This document shows, piece after piece, positions 1-8,000 of a stretch of 32,000 nt of DNA. The stretch comes from Micrococcus luteus NCTC 2665. Lineage in GTDB: Bacteria; Actinomycetota; Actinomycetes; Actinomycetales; Micrococcaceae. The stretch's first letter is position 1. Each line of letters begins with the position of its first letter. The stretch spans positions 1,140,001-1,172,000 of the forward strand of contig NC_012803.1 of NCBI RefSeq assembly GCF_000023205.1, in the 5' to 3' direction. Both the position numbers and the translations under genes were made by a program. The notes below the pieces were generated by a model. It searched no databases. It was not told the DNA's origin and was given only the letters and a program-made list of their open reading frames with translations.

Positions 1-512
1 ATGCCGGCCATGATCCCGCAGCCGAGCAGGCCGACCGCGGCCTGTTCCTCGGGAGTGTCGACGCCGTCGACCTTGGTGCACTGCTTGGCGTGGACGAGCG
101 TCTTGTCCGCGAACGCCCCGATGCCCAGGGCCGGGGACAGCTCCGTGCCGTCCTCGAGGGTCATCTTCTGGGTCGCGTTGTGGGTGTTGAAGCAGTACTT
201 CGGCTCGCCCTTCCGGCACGCGCGGCACTCGCCGCACACGGCGCGCCAGTTGAGGATCACGGTGTCACCGACCATGACGTGGTCGACGCCCTCGCCGATC
301 GCAGAGACCACACCCGTGGCCTCGTGGCCGAGCAGGTACGGGTACTCGTCCCCGATCCCGCCCTGCTGGTAGTGCAGATCCGTGTGGCAGACGCCGCAGG
401 TCTTGATGTCGACGACGGCCTCGCCGGGTCCCGGATCGGGGATGACGATGGTCTCGACGGTGACGGGGGCGTCCTTCGCCATGGCGACGACGCCGCGGAC
501 CTTCTGGGACAC
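1..512 (-). CDS. mscR: S-(hydroxymethyl)mycothiol dehydrogenase / class III Zn-dependent alcohol dehydrogenase, N-terminal part (3' end lies beyond window start)
   Basis: Absent from the ORF track because it runs off the edge. My reverse-strand translation reads [94 protein letters not shown]. This carries the GHE and C-x2-C-x2-C-x7-C zinc motifs and closely matches my recollection of mycobacterial MscR. GTG 510-512 is preceded by AGGAGGA; an in-frame ATG at 480-482 is the alternative start. Confidence 0.85.
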   Translation of the reverse strand, partial: MSQKVRGVVAMAKDAPVTVETIVIPDPGPGEAVVDIKTCGVCHTDLHYQQGGIGDEYPYLLGHEATGVVSAIGEGVDHVMVGDTVILNWRAVCGECRACRKGEPKYCFNTHNATQKMTLEDGTELSPALGIGAFADKTLVHAKQCTKVDGVDTPEEQAAVGLLGCGIMAG

Positions 513-716
513 GTTGTTCCTCCTGGGGGTGGGGATCTGCCCGATGCCGCGCATGCGTGGGGCGGCGCGGCGTGCGGGCTCGTTCTGCCCATCCCATCAC
601 AGGACCCTGTGCGACGCATCGGTGAGCAGCCGGGGGCCTGGTGTGTGGCGTCGCCGCAGCGGCCGGGGGAGACTGCAACCTGAGCCGCAACATCGATGTG
701 AACGGAGGGGCGAACC

Positions 717-983
717 ATGGCACGACATGGCAGAGACGAGGGCGACCCTTACGAGGCCCACGAGGACGGCGAGCACCCGGCCGGTGGCCCGCACGGCCTC
801 GGCACGCTCGCGCAGTGGCGCACCCCGCTGGTGGGGCTGCTGATCGGCGTCGGCCTGGGCGTGGCGTTCGGACTGGGCACCGAGAGGCCCTGGGGCAGCG
901 TGACCGGCTGCGCGATGATGGGCTTCGCCCTCGGCATCGCGTGGATGTACATCGAGCGCGGCCGGGACGGGAGGGACCGCTGA
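717..983 (+). CDS. small membrane protein (88 aa; acidic/His-rich N-terminus, two predicted TM helices), function unknown
   Basis: ORF-track ORF with consistently G/C-ending codons. It has two hydrophobic stretches (LVGLLIGVGLGVAFGLG and GCAMMGFALGIAWMYI). Its stop at 981-983 lies 1 nt before the ATG of the next gene. Confidence 0.6.
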   Translation: MARHGRDEGDPYEAHEDGEHPAGGPHGLGTLAQWRTPLVGLLIGVGLGVAFGLGTERPWGSVTGCAMMGFALGIAWMYIERGRDGRDR

Positions 984-984
984 C

Positions 985-1836
985 ATGTGCGGCCGCTACG
1001 TGATGGCCCGCGCCACGAGCGATCTGGTGGCCCTGGGTGACGCCGAGACGAATGAGGATCTGGTGCTTCGCCAGAGCTGGAACGTGGCGCCGACAGCCGA
1101 GGTGCCGATCCTCGTGGCGCACGCGGACGGCGTCGGCGTCGGAGGCCCCGGTGGGGGCGACGGCGGTGCCGGTGTGACCCGGCGGATCCACGTGGCCCGC
1201 TGGGGCCTGGTTCCGCCGTGGGCGAAGGAGCTGTCCGTGGGGTCCCGTGCGTTCAACGCGCGCTCGGAGACCGTGGCCTCCAAGCCGACGTTCCGGGCCG
1301 CCGTCCGCGCCCGCCGCTGCGCCGTGCCGGTGGAGGGCTACTACGAGTGGAAGACACCGGAGCCTGGTGCCAAGGGTCCCGACGGGCGGATCGCGAAGAA
1401 GCAGCCCTACTACGTGCACCCGGCCGGGGCCGGGGACGGCGAGGGACCGGTCATCTGGTTCGCCGGCCTGTACGAGTGGTGGCAGGACCCCGAGGCCAAG
1501 GCCGCGGGGGAGGACGCCTGGGTCCTCTCGACGACGATCCTCACCATGGCCGCGCCCGACGCGGACGACGACGATCCGGTGCTCGCCGCGCTCGGCCAGC
1601 TGCACGACCGGCTGCCCGTGCCCATGGACGCCGAGACGATGGACCGGTGGCTCGCTCCGGACACGCTCGGGTCCGCCGAAGAAGCCGACGCCCTCGTGGG
1701 CCAGGTGTGCGCCGGCGCGTACGACGTTGCGGCGGGCTGGTCGCTGCGGCCCGTGGGGGGCGCCGTGGGGAACGTCCGGAACAACGGGCCGGAGCTGATC
1801 CAGGAGATGAGAGAGCAGCAGGGCACGCTTCTCTGA
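985..1836 (+). CDS. SOS response-associated peptidase (SRAP/YedK, DUF159) abasic-site processing protein
   Basis: N-terminal MCGRY with catalytic Cys2, plus WNVAPT, RWGLVPPWAK, FNARSET and PVEGYYEW, all hallmark SRAP motifs. Strong GC3 bias. Confidence 0.9.
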   Translation: MCGRYVMARATSDLVALGDAETNEDLVLRQSWNVAPTAEVPILVAHADGVGVGGPGGGDGGAGVTRRIHVARWGLVPPWAKELSVGSRAFNARSETVASKPTFRAAVRARRCAVPVEGYYEWKTPEPGAKGPDGRIAKKQPYYVHPAGAGDGEGPVIWFAGLYEWWQDPEAKAAGEDAWVLSTTILTMAAPDADDDDPVLAALGQLHDRLPVPMDAETMDRWLAPDTLGSAEEADALVGQVCAGAYDVAAGWSLRPVGGAVGNVRNNGPELIQEMREQQGTLL

Positions 1837-1928
1837 GAGACGGGGCGACGACGGTGACCGGCCCGTGACGCACGGAAGCGCGGTGCCACGGTGAGGCCGG
1901 AGACGGTCATCTCCTGTTCACCCTGTCC

Positions 1929-2535
1929 GTGGGCGGCACCCCGGTGGTCGCCGCCCTCTACGACGAGACCGTCGGCACTCCGGAGGGCGACGGCAGCTTC
2001 TCGGGCGGGTTCGTCTACCAGTGGGGCGCGTACAGCCGGGCCGACCCCGTGTTTGGGGACTCCCCCGAGCGGTTCCACACACGGGAGCACACTGAGCCGG
2101 GCATGCTGCTGCCGTTCCGGTCTGAAGGCCTGGGCGACGACGCGGCGGTCGTGGAACTCTCGTGGGGTCCGCGCTGGGGTGCCCTCTGGCGTGACACCAC
2201 GTTGGACTTCTTCACCGGGTTTCACTACCTCGCCGACGCGACATACCCGACCGACGACCGCCTCGTTTCTCGACTGGTCGTTGGACGGTGTGACCAAGAG
2301 TGAGGACGTCATCATCACCCAGGACGCGGAGCGGTCCGACGTCTTCGGGCTCGTCAAGTCGCTCGCGGATGGGCAGAAGCCCCGGGTCCTGAACGTGCCG
2401 GCGGGGGAGGACGCCCACACGACCCCCGACACGGTCGAGACCGGGCGTGAGGTTCCGGCGGGCGCGCTCGGAGCGCTCGCGGCCGTCGGCGCGGGACTCG
2501 TGCTCCTGGCCCGGGGGCGGGTGCGCCGGGTCTGA
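1929..2535 (+). pseudogene. frameshifted remnant of a surface-anchored protein (C-terminal TM helix plus basic tail, degenerate LPXTG-like TVETG)
   Basis: Frame 0 (1929-2303) has high GC3 until about 2265. High GC3 then continues in the +1 frame to the stop at 2533-2535 (FLDWSLDGVTKSEDVIITQ...TVETGREVPAGALGALAAVGAGLVLLARGRVRRV). No signal peptide is present in any frame upstream; the in-frame stop is at 1866-1868. Confidence 0.55.
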
Positions 2536-2603
2536 CGCACCCGCCTGACGAGGGGGCCGCAGGGCGGTGGACGGGAGACCGTCGGCCGCCCCGCGGTCCG
2601 TCC

Positions 2604-3569
2604 TCAGCCTGCCGGAGCGGATTCGATGGGGCCGGTGCAGCCCCAGGCTGAGGAATCGACGCTGCAGTCATCGGCGACATTGCGGGTGATGGTGCGCCAG
2701 ATGTTCGCAGTGACGGGGGCCGAGTCGAGGCTGATGGTGCCCGGGATGAGCACCCATTCGCCCCCGGCCTCCCGGTATTCGCCGATGTAGACGGTGGTGA
2801 GGCGGACCGTGTACTGCCCGGTGTCCTCGTACACGTGGCTCGTGGGGGTGGGGACGTTGAACTCCGGCTGGCTCTGGCCTGCGACCGAGGTGGCCCTGGT
2901 GGGGGAGCCGTCCCCGTAATCCCAGTGGAAGCTCACCGGAGTGGCGCGGAGTTCGACCTCGACCCCGTTGAGGGTGGTGACGAGCGTGCGCGTCTCGGCG
3001 TCGGCGTAGAAGTTGGTCTCCGCATTGCGGATCCCGCGTCCGCCATTGTCCGACCGGATCTCAGGCTCCAGCACGAGGAGCGTGCGGACCTCGTCGATGG
3101 AGACGGGCAGGGCGCCGTCTGTTGCTGGGCCTGGCGAAACCGCAGTAACGCATTCCGGCCGGCTGTAGTAGGGATCCCTATCTGGGCGAGTTGTGTCGAC
3201 GAACTGCTCACGTACCCATGCCCCTTCTGGGCAAAAGGCCTCGGTCTGTTCGCGACACGTCCCAAAATCGGAATTGTTTTCTTGATTCGGGAAACAGGCG
3301 TCTACAGTGCGCTGCTCGATTGCCGGCTTTTCTCTGGCTCCTGGAGCGGTAACTTCGGATACCGGTTCGGAGGTCGGCTGAGGGGGCTGTGTCCGCGACT
3401 GTTTCTTGCACTGCGTTCGAATCCTAAATTCGACGTCTTCTCGCTTGCCGCTAATGGGAACATCGGTGCAGGTATTCGCGCGCTGTGCGTGCGCCGATGG
3501 CGCTTGAATCAGCGTTAGGGCGATGCAGGCAGTTGCTATTGCAATCAGAATACGCGAGATAGAAAGCAT
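2604..3569 (-). CDS. secreted Cys-rich protein with C-terminal PKD-like domain
   Basis: Signal peptide MLSISRILIAIATACIALTLIQAPSAHA|Q. PKD signature FHWDYGDGSP...SHVYEDTGQYTVRLT. The ATG at 3567-3569 overlaps the TAA stop of the upstream gene (TAATG). Confidence 0.8.
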   Translation of the reverse strand: MLSISRILIAIATACIALTLIQAPSAHAQRANTCTDVPISGKREDVEFRIRTQCKKQSRTQPPQPTSEPVSEVTAPGAREKPAIEQRTVDACFPNQENNSDFGTCREQTEAFCPEGAWVREQFVDTTRPDRDPYYSRPECVTAVSPGPATDGALPVSIDEVRTLLVLEPEIRSDNGGRGIRNAETNFYADAETRTLVTTLNGVEVELRATPVSFHWDYGDGSPTRATSVAGQSQPEFNVPTPTSHVYEDTGQYTVRLTTVYIGEYREAGGEWVLIPGTISLDSAPVTANIWRTITRNVADDCSVDSSAWGCTGPIESAPAG

Positions 3570-4288
3570 TATTGCGCATCCTGTTGATTTTGCATTTCAT
3601 CGATTACCCAGTGGCCCTTGGAGGGTTCGTAGAATACGTCGGCCAGCCAGGTCTCGTCGTGAGTTTCCGCCCCACTGGCAGAGTCGTCTCTAACGCCCTG
3701 TGAGTCGAAGACATCTACAGCGGATGCGTCACGAACAAGAGTAGCGGTGTAGCCAAACTCTGACGGGGTGAGAGTTAACGATTTGATCGAGGTGTGCTCT
3801 CCCGTTGACCAGCCACCTTCTTTGTAGTGCTGGGCAGTTGAGTCGGATACGGCTTGGCAAAGCTCGCAGTATTCGCTGTATGTCGAATCAAAATCAGCAG
3901 TTTCCCCGGTCTGGTCGGTGTAGTAAATGGCCTCCCAGAAATAGCGAATCGCCGCCTCGGCGCCCTCCTTGGTCTCTTCCTTCATGGCGGCGGGCATCTC
4001 CGGCTTGGGCACGTTCCGCGCGGGGCCGTCGGCAGACGCGGGCACGTATTCGCCGGACCCGCTCTCCGTGGCCGTGGGGGATGAGCTGACGCCTGCGGTC
4101 TCGCTCGTGCTCGCGGGCGCGGACGTCTCGACGGCGGGCTTGGCGGACGAGGGTGACGTCGTCGACGACTCGGCGGGCTCGGACTGCCCGCCGCAGGCGG
4201 TCAGTGTGAGCGCCAAGGCCACGCTGAGCGTGCCGGCCTGGGCGAATCGGTGGCGGCGCAGGGCGCGCCCGGGTGCGGTGAGAGACAT
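3569..4288 (-). CDS. lipoprotein with S/T/A/P-rich linker and DUF6318-like C-terminal domain
   Basis: The track ORF 3569..4705 is trimmed to the internal ATG at 4286-4288, which is preceded by GGAGGGG. N-terminus MSLTAPGRALRRHRFAQAGTLSVALALTLTAC|GG has a lipobox. The C-terminal IRYFWEAIYYTDQTGE...YCELCQ resembles my recollection of DUF6318; this is unverified. Confidence 0.8.
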   Translation of the reverse strand: MSLTAPGRALRRHRFAQAGTLSVALALTLTACGGQSEPAESSTTSPSSAKPAVETSAPASTSETAGVSSSPTATESGSGEYVPASADGPARNVPKPEMPAAMKEETKEGAEAAIRYFWEAIYYTDQTGETADFDSTYSEYCELCQAVSDSTAQHYKEGGWSTGEHTSIKSLTLTPSEFGYTATLVRDASAVDVFDSQGVRDDSASGAETHDETWLADVFYEPSKGHWVIDEMQNQQDAQ

Positions 4289-4616
4289 TTCCCCTCCAAC
4301 TGGACGTCCGTCGTGTGTCCGCGCCTCCCGCGCTGATCCCGCAGTGCGGTGCCCGTGGTATGCGAGGCCCGGTTGGTTCGGAGTATACGCAGACGGATTG
4401 TGGTCCTGCTCGCATTGTCCACAGGACCGTGCCGGCGCACTTCTTCCGGCCCAGAGACGATTTTCTCGTGCACGTGCGCCCCAGGGTCGGGTTCGAGACC
4501 CACGGCCAGGACTCGGCCAGCCGGCCTCACGAAAGGGCGTTCCCGGCCCCTCCCGTCCCGGGGGCCATGCGTCCTTAACGTGTCCGGTAGGCGCTCTACC
4601 TTCGCATCCATCGCAT

Positions 4617-4639
4617 TCGAACACATGTTCGAGTATGAT
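4617..4639 (+). promoter_or_regulatory. LexA operator (SOS box) overlapping a candidate promoter -10
   Basis: Perfect palindrome TCGAAC-ACAT-GTTCGA at 4617-4632 matches the mycobacterial/actinobacterial LexA consensus TCGAAC-N4-GTTCGA. TATGAT at 4634-4639 follows 1 nt later. The site lies upstream of the small ORF-dnaE2 operon. Confidence 0.8.
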
Positions 4640-4761
4640 CGGGGGTGCGGCCCACCTTCCCACTTCTTCCCCGCGTCCGGTCCGCCGGACGGGCCGCGCT
4701 CCCATCGCCCGACGGCACCCCGTCGTCGGTCCGGTCAGCAGTGCACAGGGAGAGAAGCAGA

Positions 4762-5088
4762 ATGGGAGTCCTCACACAGTCGGTGGCGGTGGAGTGCGGG
4801 GCAGACGGCACCCCGCAGGGGCTGCGCTGGAACGGGCGGGACTACGTCCTCGCGGAGCGCCCCGTGCGCTGGTTCGAGCGGCGCCGCTGGTGGGCGGAGG
4901 AGGTCCGCGCGGAGAAGGGTCGCGGCGCCGGTCTCGTCGACCACGAGATGTGGCGGCTGCAGGTCCGCCTGGCCCGAGCCGGCGCCGCGCCCCTGCAGAC
5001 CCTCGACGTCGCCCACCACCTGGACTCCGGCCGGTGGCGGCTCGTGCGCGTCCACGAGCACGCCCAGGACCTGAAGCGGTCGGCATGA
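4762..5088 (+). CDS. small conserved protein, DUF6504-like (108 aa), first gene of the dnaE2 operon
   Basis: ATG 4762 is preceded by AGGGAGAG. The Trp/Arg-rich pattern (LRWNGRDYVL..RWFERRRWW..EMWRLQV..SGRWRLVRV) resembles DUF6504 proteins as I recall them. The TGA stop overlaps the dnaE2 ATG (ATGA at 5085-5088). Confidence 0.7.
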   Translation: MGVLTQSVAVECGADGTPQGLRWNGRDYVLAERPVRWFERRRWWAEEVRAEKGRGAGLVDHEMWRLQVRLARAGAAPLQTLDVAHHLDSGRWRLVRVHEHAQDLKRSA

Positions 5089-8000
5089 GCCGGGCCGCCG
5101 CGGCCGGACGCACCGCCGCACCCTTCGCCCACCTGCACGTGGCCTCCGCGTTCAGCGCCCACTACGGGGTCAGCTGGCCCGAGGACCTCGTGGCCGCCGC
5201 CGCGGCCGCGGACATGGACCTGCTGGCCTGCACCGACCGGGACGGGCTCTACGGCATGGCCAAACACGTGGGCGCCTGCCTGCGCCACGGCATCACCCCG
5301 ATCGTGGGAGTGGACCTGGCCGTCCGGTGGAGCGAGGACGAGGACGCCGGCCGCGTGGTCGTGCTCGCCCGAGGCGGCTGTCATGGCTCCGGCTACCGCT
5401 CCCTGTGCGAGCTCGTCTCCGCCGCCCACGCCCGCACCACCGGGGGAGCGGCGGGCGGCAGCCCCTGGGCCAGCGTCGCCGAGCTCGCCGCCGCAGCGGC
5501 CGGCCGGGTCCCCACCGCCGCCAACCGGGACAACCCGCCCACCCCCGAGCTGTTCGTCCTCCTCGGCCCGGACTCGGACGTCGGCCGCCACCTGGCCCGC
5601 CGCCGGTATGCGGCCGGCCTCGCCGCCCTGCGCCGCTGGAAGGCGGCCCTGCCCGCAGGCAGCCCCCACGCCGACGTCGTCACCCACCTCTCCGCCCCCG
5701 GCCGCCGCCTCGACACCGGGCACGCCGTGAAGACCCTCCGCGCCGCCCGCCAGGCCCGCATCCCCGCCGTCCTGACCAACGCCGTGCGCTACGCGGCCCC
5801 GGACGGTGCCGCCACCGCGGACGTCCTCGACGCCGTCCGTGCCCTCAGCTCCCTCGACGCCCTCCACGACCTGCAGCCCAACGGACAGGGCTGGCTCAAG
5901 TCCACCGCCGCCATGCACCGCATCGCCCACGAGGTCGCCTCCGCCGCCGACGACCGCCCCGCCCCCCTGCTCGAGGCCACCCGCCGCCTCGCCGAGGCCT
6001 GCGCGCTCGACCCCGAGACCGACCTCGGCTGGGGCGTGCCCCGCGTCCCCGAGGCCGCCGTCATCGGCATCGACGGCCCCCCGGAGCACGTGCTGCGCGA
6101 GCGCACCCGCACCGGCCTCCTCGCCCGCTACCCCCACCTCCACACCAGGGGAGGCCTCCCCGGCACCAGCCAGGCGGCCCGGGACCTGCAGGACCGCGCC
6201 GAGCACGAGCTCGGCATCATCACCCGACTCGGCTTCTCCTCCTACTTCCTCACCGTGGCCGCCGTCGTCGACCTCATCGAGGGCATGGGCATCCGCGTGG
6301 CCGCCCGCGGCTCCGGCGCCTCCTCCCTCGTCAACCACGCCCTGCGCATCTCCCATGTCGACCCCATGGCCAACGGCCTGATCATGGAGCGCTTCCTCTC
6401 CACCGACCGCTCCACCCTCCCGGACATCGACATCGACGTGGAGTCCGCCCGCCGCCACGAGATCTACCACGCCGTCGTCGATCGCTTCGGCGCCGAGCGC
6501 ACCACCCTCATGAGCATGCAGAACGCCTACCGGGCCCGCGGCGCCGTCCGCGACGCAGGCCTCGCCCTCGGCATGCCCGAACCCGAGGTGGACGCCATCG
6601 CCAAGCAGCTCTGGCGCTTCTCCGCCTCGAACTTCCGCGAGGCCCTCCAGCGCATGCCCGAACTCGGCGGCCTCTCCCGCCGCATCGAGTCCGGCCGCGC
6701 CGAGGGCGACCGCCAGCTGGACCTGCTCGTCGACCTCACCGAACGCCTCGACCGCCTGCCCCGCCACATCTCCATGCACCCCTGCGGCGTCATCCTCGGC
6801 GACGCCACCCTGCTGCACCGCACCCCCGTCCAGCCCTCCGGCATGGGCCTGCCCATGAGCCAGTTCGACAAGCACGACATGGACCCCATGGGCTTCCTCA
6901 AGCTCGACATCCTCGGCGTGCGCATGCAGTCCGCCATCGCCTACACGATCGCCGAGGTCGAACGCACCACGGGCGAGCGCATCGACCTCGAACAGGTGCC
7001 CCTCGACGACGACGCCACCTACGCGATGATCCGCACCACCCACACCCTCGGCTGCTTCCAGATCGAGTCCCCGGGCCAGCGCGAACTCGTCGGCAAACTC
7101 GCCCCCCGCGAGTTCAACGACCTCACCGTGGACATCTCCCTCTTCCGCCCCGGCCCCATGCAGTCCGACATGGTCCGACCCTTCCTCGAACAGCGGCACG
7201 GCTGGGCACCCGCCCACTACCCGCACCCCGACCTGCGGCCCGTCCTCGCCGAGACCCACGGGGTCACCGTCTTCCACGAACAGGTCCTGCGCACCATGGA
7301 CGTCATGACCGGCTGCGGACTGGCCCGCGCCGACGAGCACCGCCGCCTCCTCGGCGGCCCGCAGGAACACCTCGTCGAAGAGGCCTTCCGCACCGGCGCC
7401 CTCGCCCGCGGCTACCCCCTCGAAGTCATCGACGAAGTCTGGGCCACCCTCTCCGCCTTCGGCTCCTTCGGCTTCTGCAAGGCCCACGGCGCCGCCTTCG
7501 CCGTCCCCACCTACCACTCCGCCTGGCTCAAGACCCACCACCCCGCCGCCTTCATGGCCGCCATCCTCGAACACGACCCCGGCATGTACCCCGCCCGCCT
7601 CATGGTCGCCGAGGCCCGCCGCATGGGCATCCCCGTCCTGCCCGTGGACGTCAACGCCTCCTCCCGCCACGTCCACGTCGAATGGGTCCCCGCCCACCCC
7701 GAGGTCGACGACGGCGCCCCCGGCCGTTGGGGCATCCGCCTGCCCCTCACCAGCCTCTCCGGACTCAGCGAAGCCGAGACCGACCGCCTCGACGCCGGCC
7801 GCCCCTACCGCTCCCTCGCCGACGTCCGCGACCGCGCCCGCCCCACCGCCCGCAACCTCGAACGCCTCGCCCAGCTCGGCGCCCTCGACTGCCTCCTCCC
7901 ACCCGGCGGCGCCTCCCGCACCGACCTCGTCCACCACCTCGAACTCCAGCACTCCACCACCCGCGGCACCGCCCCCGGCCGCACCGCCCCGCGCTCGCGG

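Noticed and set aside
513-716. Search for a LexA box or other damage-responsive operator upstream of the small ORF-SRAP pair.
   Set aside because: No GAAC-N4-GTTC-type palindrome is present. The only partial resemblance (TCGATGTGAACGG near 692-704) lacks the second half-site.
265-2540. Minus-strand ORFs 265..1605 (446 aa) and 1410..2540 (376 aa).
   Set aside because: They overlap the mscR start region, the small membrane ORF and the well-supported SRAP gene. The composition is Arg/Pro/Gly-rich with no recognisable domain.
4489-4501. GGGTTCGAGACCC, which resembles a tRNA T-arm and could be an att-site remnant of an integrative element.
   Set aside because: Only 3 bp of stem can form, and no matching acceptor, D or anticodon arm can be drawn on either strand. 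There is no integrase or direct repeat nearby.
4289-4705. N-terminal 139-aa extension of the lipoprotein ORF (track start at 4705).
   Set aside because: The extension has no signal-like features and poor coding bias, and it would run across the SOS box and the divergent promoter. The internal ATG at 4288 has a strong SD and yields a canonical lipoprotein signal peptide.
4645-4761. GTG at 4645 as a leaderless start for the dnaE2-upstream ORF; it lies 5 nt after the TATGAT hexamer.
   Set aside because: It is possible in principle. However, the 39 extra codons have weaker GC3 bias and Pro/Ser/Arg-rich composition, and ATG 4762 has a clear SD and gives the roughly 100-aa size expected for the family. 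It is kept as an alternative only.
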